DNA of 64,000 nt from a virus. The stretch's first letter is position 1. Every line of letters begins with the position of its first letter. Position numbers and translations under genes: made by a program. The stretch lies in the IMG/VR virus record IMGVR_UViG_3300020213_000027, positions 1 to 64,000 of that record; one strand, 5' to 3'. Positions 46,857-56,790 of the stretch are shown piece by piece. The notes below the pieces were generated by a model. It was not told the DNA's origin and did not search any database. It saw nothing but the letters and a program-made list of their open reading frames with translations.

Positions 46857-47293
46857 TGGAAGAAATTAAGATAGAAACACAAACTGAAGAAAATAAGCCG
46901 CTCACTGAAGAGCAGCATGCAATGCTCGCTTTTGAGCATTTCACTGGTCTATTTCTTCAAAAGCTTAATAATTACTCTGGATCAAGAAAACAGATCATGC
47001 GAGCTATGTCTCATGGTATGGTTGCACCTCTTTCTAAAGAAGAGCCTAGATTTAGTTATGTTGAAGAAAAAGAACTTTTTGATTTGTATACTGAAGCAAA
47101 CAGTGCTAAGCTTATTTTGATGGTTCATGGTCTTATTAAGTCAGGAGCTTTGCAGCAATTGAAGCCTTTGATGTCTGTTGGAGGTTTGACAGAATCAGAG
47201 CAGCAGTTAGCAAATATGACTTATGGTGATCAAAAACTTGAAGGTGAAGTAACTGTAGATGAGCTTAAAGAAGCTAATGTTGTTAGTGAATAA
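46847..47293 (+). CDS. hypothetical protein
   Basis: ORF in operon. Confidence 0.55.
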   Translation: MGIMEEIKIETQTEENKPLTEEQHAMLAFEHFTGLFLQKLNNYSGSRKQIMRAMSHGMVAPLSKEEPRFSYVEEKELFDLYTEANSAKLILMVHGLIKSGALQQLKPLMSVGGLTESEQQLANMTYGDQKLEGEVTVDELKEANVVSE

Positions 47294-47304
47294 AGGAAAA
47301 TAAA

Positions 47305-47628
47305 ATGGCAAAGAATGTACAAATTGGTAGTGTGATGGTTTCTGATGATAAGAATGGTAATAAACGAATTTCTATTGGACTAGGTAGAAAGAATAAACCG
47401 CCTTATCAAAATAATGATGTGACTGTTGAAGTTCTTGTAAAAGATTCTACAGGAAAAGTTTTAGCTAGACAAACTGATGGATTTCTTAATCTAGTTGATC
47501 CACGTACTCAACCTGACGAACTCCTAAAACTAGGTCTTGTATCTGAAGAAACAGCAGGGAAGATGCGTGCATCAGCTGCTAAACTTCCAGAAAAAATTAA
47601 ATATCAGGTAGTTTTGCCGAGAAGCTAA
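47305..47628 (+). CDS. hypothetical protein (possibly ssDNA-binding, by context only)
   Basis: RBS; lies between ERF and primase; followed by a terminator. Confidence 0.45.
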   Translation: MAKNVQIGSVMVSDDKNGNKRISIGLGRKNKPPYQNNDVTVEVLVKDSTGKVLARQTDGFLNLVDPRTQPDELLKLGLVSEETAGKMRASAAKLPEKIKYQVVLPRS

Positions 47629-47663
47629 GTTTACCCCCTTATAACTTAGTTGTGTTCCTGAAT

Positions 47664-47707
47664 GCCCGAGATAACATATTCCCCTATGCTTGTCTCGGGT
47701 TTTTTTA
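47664..47707 (+). terminator. Rho-independent terminator
   Basis: CCCGAGA.../...TCTCGGG hairpin plus T7 run. Confidence 0.75.
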
Positions 47708-47920
47708 TTTATGAAGATCAAAAAAACTATTAAAGCAACAGTTGGAAATATAATAAAACATAAATCTGAATACTTTTATAAAAGGTTTGGATATGGGTTT
47801 ATTATTGAAATCGTTAAAGATGAAATATCAGTAATTTGGGGAATACTCGAATCTAGATCTCTTTATACTAAAACATATTTAAACAATATGGAATTAATAA
47901 CAGATGTATTCAAAGTTTAA
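47690..47920 (+). CDS. small protein of the G[DN]II...[ST]xxF family
   Basis: TVGNII ... ELITDVFK; start likely 47711. Confidence 0.5.
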   Translation: MSRVFLFMKIKKTIKATVGNIIKHKSEYFYKRFGYGFIIEIVKDEISVIWGILESRSLYTKTYLNNMELITDVFKV

Positions 47921-48098
47921 AAAAGGTGATATAGTAATTACAATGAATGATCAATATGAATTTCTTATGGATAAACCAATCTACGATAAAGATTATTATG
48001 GGAAATATAAAATTCAAGTTGGACCAACAGCTCATATTTCAGCAAAAATTGCTAAGTTAGTAACAAAAGTTTTTAGAGAGGAAGATAATGGAATATAG
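47904..48098 (+). CDS. small protein of the GDIV...[ST]xxFR family
   Basis: KFKKGDIV ... KLVTKVFREE. Confidence 0.55.
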   Translation: MYSKFKKGDIVITMNDQYEFLMDKPIYDKDYYGKYKIQVGPTAHISAKIAKLVTKVFREEDNGI

Positions 48099-50016
48099 AC
48101 GATTAACTGAAGGACTAAATGATAAAGGAAAACTTATACCGGCTCATTCTGATATATTTAGTTATATTTCAGATAGAAATAAGGATTACTATTTAAGCAC
48201 GTATAAATATACCGAAAAACATAGAGAGCAGTTCTTAGAACATGGAACAATCGCAGGAATTACAGACGTAGTTACGGAGAAAATTTGGTGGGATTTTGAT
48301 AGTGAGTTTGATCCAGACACCGCAAAAGCGGATACCATAAAACTAGTTAATAAACTTATCCTAAAGGGCATTGAAAAAGAAGATATTTTTATTGCTTTTT
48401 CAGGAAATAAAGGTTTTGGAGTAGAAGTAAATCTATTGGAAACCTACACACCAAAACAGATTAAAAGCATAGCATTCGAGCTAGCTGAAAATCTATCTAC
48501 ATTTGATACAAAGATGTATAATGCTTCTAGAGTATTTAGAGTATATGGAACAAGACACAATAAAACAGGACTGTTTAAAACTCCTTTAACTTTTAATCAG
48601 TTAAATGAGCTATCTTCAGATAACATTATGAAATTGGCTAGTTCATTTCCTAAATGGGACAATGAATTTAGATGGGATGCTGTGACATCTCCTTTTATTG
48701 TAAATAAAGAACATGAATCAATAATTGAAGAAAGAGTTGAAAATTTAATTCCAACTTTAGATTATTCAATGAAACCCAAATTTCTAAGTAATTGTAGATG
48801 GGCTATCCAAAATGGATATTTTAAACAAGGAGATAGAAATATTGCTTTACTTTGTTTAGGATCTACATATAAAAATATGGGATTTACAATTGAGCATGTA
48901 TATCGACTTTTAAAGGGAGTTGCAGAACTGCAATCTAAATACAGCCAAACAGAAAGATTTTCAGATAGTGAACTATTTAATAATATTATTAAAGTAGTAT
49001 TTGCTGCAACTTGGAATAATGGACAATACACATGCCGAGAAGATAAAAACTGGCTTCATACTTTTTGTTCAAAGCTAGAACATCCTTGTAATCATAAAAC
49101 TGAAGATGAACTAAAGCCTAGAACATTTATGGATCTTAAGGATGATTTTAAACATTATGTTAAGAATATTCATAAGAACACAATCCTAACTGGATTGCCT
49201 AGCATTGATAAGAATGTATTTCTTTCAACTGGAGCTAACGTCGGAATTATTGGAGCAGCTGGATCGGGAAAAACTACAGTAGCTCTTGAAATCCTAAATC
49301 ATACTTCTAAAGCCGGAGTAAGGTCTGTATGTGCAAGTTTGGATATGGCAAAGAATCGTATTTTTGAAAAGATTCTTTATCGTCTAACTGGTCATGATAG
49401 AACAGAACTTTATAGGATATTTCAAGATAATGAAGAAGAACCAATACTAAATCAACTTAAAGAAGAATTTGGTAATGTACAATTCTTTAAGAAGAGTTCT
49501 CCCACTGTTCAAGATATTAAAGATTATATTATTAAATGTAATGAAGTGAGTGATGAAAAGATCAAACTAGTTGTGATTGATTATTTTGAACGAGTATCAT
49601 CTGATTTTAGTGATGATACCCAAGCTAGTAAGAAAGTAGCTGGCGAACTTCAGGATTTAGTAGATGATCTAGATGTGTGTCTTATAACTCTTGTTCAACC
49701 TAATAAATTTGCACTAGTTGGTGGACCAGATCAACCTATTTATGATTACACTAAAATTAAGGGTAGTAGTTTTGTTTACCAAGCTTTTCGAATCATTATT
49801 TCTTGTTGGAGACCTTTCTTTAATCCTAAAACATTTATGAATGATAAATATATGCAAATGGCAGTGCTAAAGAATGATCTAGGAGAACTTGCCGAATTTG
49901 AATTTAATTGGGAAGGTAAACGTGGCATAATCAGTGAAATGGAAGATTTTCAACATGCCGAATTTGAAGAACTTTTAAGACAAAAAGTAGAAACTAAGAA
50001 AGACACTCTTTTTTAA
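48088..50016 (+). CDS. primase-helicase (AEP-type primase + DnaB-like SF4 helicase)
   Basis: WWDFD, FSGNKGF, RVFR; GAAGSGKT, SLDM, VVIDY, LVQPN. Confidence 0.85.
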   Translation: MEYRRLTEGLNDKGKLIPAHSDIFSYISDRNKDYYLSTYKYTEKHREQFLEHGTIAGITDVVTEKIWWDFDSEFDPDTAKADTIKLVNKLILKGIEKEDIFIAFSGNKGFGVEVNLLETYTPKQIKSIAFELAENLSTFDTKMYNASRVFRVYGTRHNKTGLFKTPLTFNQLNELSSDNIMKLASSFPKWDNEFRWDAVTSPFIVNKEHESIIEERVENLIPTLDYSMKPKFLSNCRWAIQNGYFKQGDRNIALLCLGSTYKNMGFTIEHVYRLLKGVAELQSKYSQTERFSDSELFNNIIKVVFAATWNNGQYTCREDKNWLHTFCSKLEHPCNHKTEDELKPRTFMDLKDDFKHYVKNIHKNTILTGLPSIDKNVFLSTGANVGIIGAAGSGKTTVALEILNHTSKAGVRSVCASLDMAKNRIFEKILYRLTGHDRTELYRIFQDNEEEPILNQLKEEFGNVQFFKKSSPTVQDIKDYIIKCNEVSDEKIKLVVIDYFERVSSDFSDDTQASKKVAGELQDLVDDLDVCLITLVQPNKFALVGGPDQPIYDYTKIKGSSFVYQAFRIIISCWRPFFNPKTFMNDKYMQMAVLKNDLGELAEFEFNWEGKRGIISEMEDFQHAEFEELLRQKVETKKDTLF

Positions 50017-50186
50017 TGAGATTAGGAGATATTGTACAACATAATATATTAAGAGAGTATGGATTTGTTTATAAAGTCCAATCTGAGAAATATTTTGTAC
50101 GATTTCCTGGTAGATCTTTTGCTTATGTTTATACATATCAAAGTCCTCAAATGTTAAAAATTATAAGTAAGGCATTTAGAGAATGA
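50016..50186 (+). CDS. 56-aa member of the GDIV...[ST]xxFR family (not in ORF track)
   Basis: MRLGDIV...KIISKAFRE; coupled to the helicase stop and polymerase start. Confidence 0.6.
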   Translation: MRLGDIVQHNILREYGFVYKVQSEKYFVRFPGRSFAYVYTYQSPQMLKIISKAFRE

Positions 50187-52399
50187 ATTCTCATTTAATA
50201 ACTACATTTGAAGATTTTGAGAAACTTAAAGAGTATGTTTCTATTCAATCTTATGAATATGTAGTTCTCGATACTGAAACTGATGGTGTGATTGAAAGAA
50301 AAGCTAAACTGTACGGCATTGGAATATGTTTCACAAATGAAGAAGCCTTTTACATTCCCATTCGTAATTCGCGAACTGAAAAATGGTGGACAGTTGAGCA
50401 AGAAGAAGCTATTAAACAATTCATCTATGATTTAGCTATTAAATATAAACTCATAGGCCACAATATAATATACGATATTCTTGTTCTTCAAAATAATTGG
50501 GGATATGATCTTACAAGTAGTATCTTCAGTGATACTATCTTATTAAAGCATACTTTAGATGAAGAACGGCCTCATGGACTAAAAGAAACATCAGTAAAGT
50601 ATTTAGGAGCATGGGCGGATAAAGCTCAGGAGGCTCTACATACAAATATCATAAAGAATGGTGGCAAAGCTACAAAGAATCATATGGAGATGTGGCGCGC
50701 TGATTCAGAGGTATTAGGAGTGTATTGCTGCTGGGATGTATTATTGACTCGCAAATTATTTGATCTATTCAATCCTAAACTTATAGCAGAAGGACTTCAT
50801 GATCTATTTTATATAGACGAAATCATGCCTCTTTATAAAGAAGTGACTATTCCAATGAAGCAACATGGATTTCCAATAGATGTTCCTTATTTTAGTACCC
50901 TAAATGAAAATATCACTAAAGAGATTGAAAATTTAGAAAAGAAAATACTTATTGAGATTAGACCTTTAATTCTAAATTATGAACAAGAACTACTAAATGA
51001 AATGTATCCTGTAAAGAAAACTGGCCTATTTCCAAAACATTGTGCACAAGTTATTAACTTTGACTTACCTAAGAATAAAAATGGAGATATTACTTTATCC
51101 AAAAAAGAACTATTAAAGATTAATCAAGAAAATAGAACGCCAGCACAAATGCAGTATTTAGATTGGATTTTAGGAGATGGGGAATTAGATAAAGATTTGA
51201 TTCTAGAAACTAGACTACTTTGGCACAATGCCCCAATTTTTAATCTAAAATCTAATGATGACTTGAAATATCTATTTTTTAATAAATTGGGATATGAACC
51301 TATCGGTCATACTGAAAAAGGCGAACCTCAAATTGATGATGAATTCTTAGAAAGTATTAAATCTCAACAAAGTTGGATTCAACTATTAGTTGATATTAAA
51401 AAACTTAACAAACTAAAAGCAACATATATAGAAGGAATTTTAGAAAGACAAATTGATGGAGTGATTTATACGAGCATGTTACAGTTTGGAACAACTTCTG
51501 GAAGATATAGTAGTAAAGATCCTAATCTTCAAAATCTACCTAGGGTAAAAGAAGATGATAGTGGTTTATCTGAATTAGTACTAATATATGTAAATAGCAT
51601 CAAAAAAGGATTTATAGCTGGTCCTGGTAAAAAAATTATAAATGCAGACTATAGCCAACTTGAACCTAGAGCATTTGCTGAAGCTTCTAATGATAAACTT
51701 CTACAGCAATCATTTATCAATGGAGAAGATCTATATGGATCTATTGCAGTTAATGTTTGGCATCTAGATTGCAAACCAAATGAAGTTAAAAAGAAATACC
51801 CAGAATATCGACAGCAAGCCAAAATAATCGCTTTAGCAGTTGTTTATGGAGCCGAAGCCGGGCGCATATCGAAATTAATGGGGATTGATTATAAAGAAGC
51901 TCAACAAGTTATAGACGACTATTTAAATGCTTATCCTGGACTTAGAACTTATATGTCAGAGTGTAATAAGGAAGTTTGCACTAAAGGCGAAATTAGAACT
52001 AAATATGGACGCATCAGACATCTTCCTGAAGCAAAACGACTATTCAATGCTTATGGTTTAAAATTATTAGATAAACAATGGGCTAAAAAGCAAGGACTAG
52101 ATGAAACTCGTTGGAAATTTAAAAATATGCTCAATTTAGCCAAAAATCATAAGATTCAAGGTTTAGCAGCTAGAATCGTTAATAGTGCTTCTATCGCTGT
52201 AAATAGGGAATTTAAAAGACAAAATATTAATGCACTAATGATAATGAATCTTCATGATGAGATAACTGTAATAGCAGATGAAAATCAATCAGAAAAAGTT
52301 AAAACTATTTTAAAAGATTGTATGGAAAATACTATAAAACTATCGGTACCACTTAAAGCAGATCCTATTATAGCAAATAATTGGTCAGAGGCTAAATAG
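50183..52399 (+). CDS. polA: family A DNA polymerase with 3'-5' exonuclease (Leu at the Phe762-equivalent position)
   Basis: LDTET, GHNIIYD, TTSGRYSS..PNLQN, ADYSQLE, RQQAKIIALAVVYG, HDE. Confidence 0.95.
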   Translation: MNSHLITTFEDFEKLKEYVSIQSYEYVVLDTETDGVIERKAKLYGIGICFTNEEAFYIPIRNSRTEKWWTVEQEEAIKQFIYDLAIKYKLIGHNIIYDILVLQNNWGYDLTSSIFSDTILLKHTLDEERPHGLKETSVKYLGAWADKAQEALHTNIIKNGGKATKNHMEMWRADSEVLGVYCCWDVLLTRKLFDLFNPKLIAEGLHDLFYIDEIMPLYKEVTIPMKQHGFPIDVPYFSTLNENITKEIENLEKKILIEIRPLILNYEQELLNEMYPVKKTGLFPKHCAQVINFDLPKNKNGDITLSKKELLKINQENRTPAQMQYLDWILGDGELDKDLILETRLLWHNAPIFNLKSNDDLKYLFFNKLGYEPIGHTEKGEPQIDDEFLESIKSQQSWIQLLVDIKKLNKLKATYIEGILERQIDGVIYTSMLQFGTTSGRYSSKDPNLQNLPRVKEDDSGLSELVLIYVNSIKKGFIAGPGKKIINADYSQLEPRAFAEASNDKLLQQSFINGEDLYGSIAVNVWHLDCKPNEVKKKYPEYRQQAKIIALAVVYGAEAGRISKLMGIDYKEAQQVIDDYLNAYPGLRTYMSECNKEVCTKGEIRTKYGRIRHLPEAKRLFNAYGLKLLDKQWAKKQGLDETRWKFKNMLNLAKNHKIQGLAARIVNSASIAVNREFKRQNINALMIMNLHDEITVIADENQSEKVKTILKDCMENTIKLSVPLKADPIIANNWSEAK

Positions 52400-52403
52400 A
52401 GGA

Positions 52404-52646
52404 TTGATTATGATTACTACAGGTAGTATTATTTCAGGTACTTTATTTGTAAATTGCGATTCAGGAGCTCTTGCTATAGACAAACTTGAAAATCTATTAA
52501 AACTCCGTGGCGCCAATACATTTTGTGATAGCAATAATTCAGATAAATATTATATCTTAATTGAAAAGATTGAACTTGACGCTCTAAAAGCAGAATTACA
52601 TAGACTGCAGTTCCAATTAAAACTTGATAATCTTATAAAAGAGTGA
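52404..52646 (+). CDS. hypothetical protein with FxxKL tag
   Basis: ends QFQLKLDNLIKE. Confidence 0.5.
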   Translation: MIMITTGSIISGTLFVNCDSGALAIDKLENLLKLRGANTFCDSNNSDKYYILIEKIELDALKAELHRLQFQLKLDNLIKE

Positions 52647-52658
52647 GATAATAATTGT

Positions 52659-53081
52659 ATGAAAGCAATAGTCGAAATTCCTAAAGGTTCTATATATAAA
52701 TATGAACTTAAGCATGGTGTGCTTATTTTAGATAGGGTATTATCTATTCCTTATCCAGCAAATTATGGATTCATTCCTAACACTCTAAGTGAAGATGGGG
52801 ATGAGCTGGATATCTTTGTATATAGTGAAACGCCAATTCACCCTTTATCTCAAGTAAAGCTCGAAGTGCTAGGAGTAATTGAAATGCTTGATGGAGGAGT
52901 GAATGATGACAAACTTATCTGTAGGTTGGAAAACAGCTTTCACCCTGTTGATAATAGCTTTAGTCAAATTATTTATTTTTTACGTAATTACAAGGTCGGC
53001 ACGGTAATGGGCGATATTGGAAATAAAGACAAAGCTTTACAAATTTTAGAACAAGCTAAAGTTAGGTTTAATACTAAATGA
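52659..53081 (+). CDS. ppa: inorganic pyrophosphatase (family I)
   Basis: EIPKGS..KYE, YPANYGFIPNTLSEDGDELD, DDKL. Confidence 0.95.
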   Translation: MKAIVEIPKGSIYKYELKHGVLILDRVLSIPYPANYGFIPNTLSEDGDELDIFVYSETPIHPLSQVKLEVLGVIEMLDGGVNDDKLICRLENSFHPVDNSFSQIIYFLRNYKVGTVMGDIGNKDKALQILEQAKVRFNTK

Positions 53082-53446
53082 ACCACACCCACCTATTGAT
53101 TCGAGCCAAAGTTAATAAACCTCCAACGGATGCCATACAGCTAAATGATTGGTTAGCAAATTTAGTAAGTTTGATAGATATGAAAATTCTTATGGGTCCT
53201 TACTCTAAATATTTAGACGTTGAAGGGAATAGAGGCATTACTGGAATCGTTGTTATTGAAACATCACATATCAGTTGTCATTTTTGGGATGAAGAAAAGC
53301 CTGGTCTTTTGCAGATGGATGTTTATTCTTGCAAAGAGTTTGATAGTTCTATAGTAGAAAAAGCTTTACAAGCATTTGAACCTATTTTAATTAAAACTAT
53401 TTTAATAGATAGAAATGATGGATTGACAATATGCAAGTCAAATTAA
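53078..53446 (+). CDS. speD: S-adenosylmethionine decarboxylase proenzyme
   Basis: GITG..VIETSHISCHFW..E, MDVYSC. Confidence 0.85.
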   Translation: MNHTHLLIRAKVNKPPTDAIQLNDWLANLVSLIDMKILMGPYSKYLDVEGNRGITGIVVIETSHISCHFWDEEKPGLLQMDVYSCKEFDSSIVEKALQAFEPILIKTILIDRNDGLTICKSN

Positions 53447-54075
53447 TATCTACAACTCAAGGTATGAATGAAATGTCAGCTGAAGAGCTTATCGCTTATA
53501 CAGCTCGTGTTTCTAATCTTATTAACCAAAACAATACAGAAACTGCCCCTAAGCTTATTAAATATCTTATTAAAAATAAACATTGGTCACCCTTTGAAAT
53601 GGCTCATATGACTCTAGAAATTTCTACTTCTAGAGCTATTGCCCAACAAATTTTAAGACACAGATCATTCTCATTTCAAGAATTTAGTCAACGTTATGCA
53701 GAATCATCTTCATTTATTGTTTACCCTGCAAGACGTCAAGATAACAAAAATAGACAAAATAGTATAGATGATTTATCCGAAGAAGATAAGTTGTGGTTTA
53801 TAAATAGACAAATGGAAATTCACCAACATTCAAATGATTTATATAGGCAAGCTTTAAATAAAGGAATTGCTAAAGAGCAAGCTCGATTTCTTTTACCTCT
53901 TAGTACTGAAACTAAACTTTATATGTGTGGATCAATAAGAAGTTGGGTACATTATCTAGAATTGAGATGTGATAAAGGAACTCAATTAGAACATCAAGAT
54001 ATTGCTAATCAATGTAAAAAAATATTTATAGAACAATTTCCTAATATAGGAAAAGCTTTAGAATGGGAGATATAA
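53431..54075 (+). CDS. thyX: flavin-dependent thymidylate synthase
   Basis: HWSPFE, RHRSFSFQEFSQRY, ARFLLP. Confidence 0.95.
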   Translation: MQVKLISTTQGMNEMSAEELIAYTARVSNLINQNNTETAPKLIKYLIKNKHWSPFEMAHMTLEISTSRAIAQQILRHRSFSFQEFSQRYAESSSFIVYPARRQDNKNRQNSIDDLSEEDKLWFINRQMEIHQHSNDLYRQALNKGIAKEQARFLLPLSTETKLYMCGSIRSWVHYLELRCDKGTQLEHQDIANQCKKIFIEQFPNIGKALEWEI

Positions 54076-54372
54076 ATGGAAAAACAAGAAAAGAAATCAG
54101 AAGATAAAGTAGAACCCCCAAATTTGGGGCCTTTAATAATTTTATTATCAATTTTAATGTGCATTTTAGTAATTTCTACATCTCCTACATTCAAAGTAGG
54201 ATCTTGTGTGCGTCTAAAAGATTCAAAATCAGATCCAAGACCTACTTGTAAGATTTTAGCTTTAGAAGATAATGTTTATACTTATGATTGTCATTCTAAT
54301 AAACTAACAGAAGATAGAGTTGTATTAGAAGCAGAATTTGAACTTACTCCTTGTTTGGAAGGAAAACTATGA
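54076..54372 (+). CDS. membrane-anchored small Cys protein (FKVGSCV family)
   Basis: TM + FKVGSCV...YDC...TPC. Confidence 0.5.
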   Translation: MEKQEKKSEDKVEPPNLGPLIILLSILMCILVISTSPTFKVGSCVRLKDSKSDPRPTCKILALEDNVYTYDCHSNKLTEDRVVLEAEFELTPCLEGKL

Positions 54373-54635
54373 ATAAAGGAAATATTATTCTTATATTGGG
54401 ATGTTTAATATCTATTGTAGGATTGTCTATTTTAGCTCTTTATGGTTTTACTCCCAAATTTAAACCCGGAGATTGTATTACATTGAAAAATCTTGAAGAA
54501 TGGGATAACTTTAAATGTAAAGTATTAAAAGTAGGAAAATATAAATATCTTCTAGATTGTCCTGGTTTTTCAAATAAAAAAGATCCTTACATAAATGATA
54601 CAGATTCTGAATATGGAAAAGTAGCTTGTGAATAG
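54351..54635 (+). CDS. membrane-anchored small Cys protein (FKPGDCI family)
   Basis: TM + KFKPGDCI...KVAC. Confidence 0.5.
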   Translation: MFGRKTMNKGNIILILGCLISIVGLSILALYGFTPKFKPGDCITLKNLEEWDNFKCKVLKVGKYKYLLDCPGFSNKKDPYINDTDSEYGKVACE

Positions 54636-54894
54636 GATATCTGCTTTGTATTTTGCATTTAAATTATATCTACAAGTTAGATATATGCTTTATAAGCATA
54701 ACATTCCTTGGAAATATGTTCATGAGGAGTTAATTTTATATCTTATGGAATTAGATACTTTTTATCTACCTAAAAATATGATACCCTCATTTATATTATT
54801 TCATATTGAAAACACATTTATAATAGAAGTCATTAAAACAAATCTAGTTTATAGAAAAAGATTTGAAGAAAAGTTAAATAGGATTATTAAATGA
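54628..54894 (+). CDS. hypothetical protein with FxxKL tag
   Basis: ends [11 protein letters not shown]. Confidence 0.5.
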   Translation: MNRISALYFAFKLYLQVRYMLYKHNIPWKYVHEELILYLMELDTFYLPKNMIPSFILFHIENTFIIEVIKTNLVYRKRFEEKLNRIIK

Positions 54895-55994
54895 AAATTG
54901 CTTTATCATTCAATGATGTTCTTCTAATTCCCAAATTTAGTACAATCAAAACTCGAAAAGATGTGCTAACTAAAGTTTTATTTCTAGGAGAAGAAATCCT
55001 TCCAATTATTAGTAGTAATATGGACGCTGTTACAGGACCAGAAATGATTAAAGCTATGACTGATCTAGGAGCTAGGGCTTGCCTTCATAGATTTCAATCT
55101 ATTGAAGATAATGTTAAACAGTTTGTTGAATCAGGTAAAACAGCCTATGTATCTATTGGATTAGGTGAAAATGAACTAGAAAGAGCTAAAGCTCTTGTTA
55201 TAGCTGGTGCTAAGCGACTAGTTATAGATGTAGCTCATGGCGCATCCTTAGCTGTTATAGAACAAGTTGCAGCTCTTAGAGATGCTTATGGATCTTCTAT
55301 TTATCTCATTGTAGGTAATTTTGCTGATATAAAAAGTATAGACAGGTTTAAGTATCATTTAAATCCTTATAAAGTAGACGCTTGGAAGGTAGGAATTGGA
55401 GGAGGATCGGCTTGTACAACTCGCATAGTAACTGGAGTAGGACTTCCAACTTTTCAAAGTATATTAGATTGTTCTAAAGTAGAAGAGCCTATTATTGCAG
55501 ATGGTGGTATTAAAAATAGTGGAGATTTTGTTAAAGCTTTAGCAGCTGGAGCTACTGCAGTAATGATTGGTGGGATGCTCGCTGGAACAGATGAGAGTTC
55601 GGGAAATAGTATTATGAGAAATCTATCAATGTATCCAGGAACTGAAATACTTCCCGGTGACAAAGTGTTTGTGCCTACTGGTCAAGAACCTTTTACTCAG
55701 GGATGCCTAATTCAGCGTCCAACTCATAAACGATATAGAGGATCAGCTTCTCAAGAATCTTATGAAGCTCAAGGTAAAACTTCTGAGTGGAGAACCGCTG
55801 AGGGTGAATCATTTCTAGTTCCTTATACAGGACCTGTCGCAAATATTATTCAACAACTAGAAGCAGGGTTACGAAGCAGCATGTCTTATTTAGGAGCTAA
55901 TAATCTTTTAGATTTTAAAAGAAATGCAGAATTTGTTCAAATTACAAATAATGGAGTAAGAGAAAATGAAGCCCATGGAAAAAATCATAGCTAG
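54891..55994 (+). CDS. guaB: IMP dehydrogenase / GMP reductase family enzyme (no CBS domains)
   Basis: [39 protein letters not shown]. Confidence 0.85.
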   Translation: MKIALSFNDVLLIPKFSTIKTRKDVLTKVLFLGEEILPIISSNMDAVTGPEMIKAMTDLGARACLHRFQSIEDNVKQFVESGKTAYVSIGLGENELERAKALVIAGAKRLVIDVAHGASLAVIEQVAALRDAYGSSIYLIVGNFADIKSIDRFKYHLNPYKVDAWKVGIGGGSACTTRIVTGVGLPTFQSILDCSKVEEPIIADGGIKNSGDFVKALAAGATAVMIGGMLAGTDESSGNSIMRNLSMYPGTEILPGDKVFVPTGQEPFTQGCLIQRPTHKRYRGSASQESYEAQGKTSEWRTAEGESFLVPYTGPVANIIQQLEAGLRSSMSYLGANNLLDFKRNAEFVQITNNGVRENEAHGKNHS

Positions 55995-56256
55995 TCTATT
56001 TCTAATACTCACAAGTTGTGCAACTATTCCTAAACATAGATTTGAATTAGGAGATTGTATTATTTATTATAAGAGAACGCCACACCCTTTGATGCATTTT
56101 CCTGAAGAAGTTATTGATATCAATAAAGAAGGATATGTTACTAGAATAGTTCCAATGTGGCATTTTACTAGGCCAAGACTAAATAATATTCCTTTTAATA
56201 ATGAAGAAGACTATCTTAAAGTTGGTTGTCCAGTTCTAATGAAAGAATACGATTAA
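55966..56256 (+). CDS. putative lipoprotein (FELGDCI family)
   Basis: LTSC lipobox; RFELGDCI...KVGC. Confidence 0.5.
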   Translation: MKPMEKIIASLFLILTSCATIPKHRFELGDCIIYYKRTPHPLMHFPEEVIDINKEGYVTRIVPMWHFTRPRLNNIPFNNEEDYLKVGCPVLMKEYD

Positions 56257-56339
56257 TGAAGTTTCATTATTTAAGAAGTTTGGGCTATCCTAATAAGGTA
56301 TTTAATGCTAAACTAGAAAAGTTAGCAGATGATGAGTAA
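56256..56339 (+). CDS. 27-aa peptide consisting largely of the FxxKL tag (not in ORF track)
   Basis: MKFHYLRSLGYPNKVFNAKLEKLADDE; TAATG coupling. Confidence 0.5.
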   Translation: MKFHYLRSLGYPNKVFNAKLEKLADDE

Positions 56340-56559
56340 TATACATGATCTTAAAAGATACAAAGAGGCACTAGCAATTTATCCGCATTTAGAGAAGATT
56401 CTTAAAATACTTAGTTTTACAGAAAAATCTTTATCCTATTTTGGAACGTATATTCCTGTAGCAAAAATCCTTATGGTTATTAAGTCAGAAAGGTACGTAC
56501 TTGAATCTTATAAGAAAACTTATGAAGATATAAAGAATACTAAAGGATTAAAGAAATGA
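56329..56559 (+). CDS. hypothetical protein
   Basis: ORF in operon. Confidence 0.5.
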   Translation: MMSNIHDLKRYKEALAIYPHLEKILKILSFTEKSLSYFGTYIPVAKILMVIKSERYVLESYKKTYEDIKNTKGLKK

Positions 56560-56595
56560 CGACTATTTAACAAGTGTATAAAAGGGACAAAATTA

Positions 56596-56790
56596 ATGAA
56601 AAAACTAACCGAAGAAGATTTTATTCAAGGTCTTGACTATAGCAATGTGATGCTAGTTGCTTTTACAAATACAATGGAATCCTGTGAAATTTTAAAGAAC
56701 AAAAAGATTAAAAAAGCTTATGAAAAAGTAGTAGAAGCAATGGCTGAATTTTATCAAGTAATTGGTAAAGAAAGTGATAATGATGAGTAA
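56596..56790 (+). CDS. hypothetical protein
   Basis: ORF in operon. Confidence 0.5.
   Translation: MKKLTEEDFIQGLDYSNVMLVAFTNTMESCEILKNKKIKKAYEKVVEAMAEFYQVIGKESDNDE

Noticed and set aside
24239-55994. 2-aminoadenine or 7-deazaguanine DNA pathway suggested by the DUF5664-like and guaB-like genes
   Set aside because: No PurZ, DpdA, FolE or QueC/D/E was recognised in the window.
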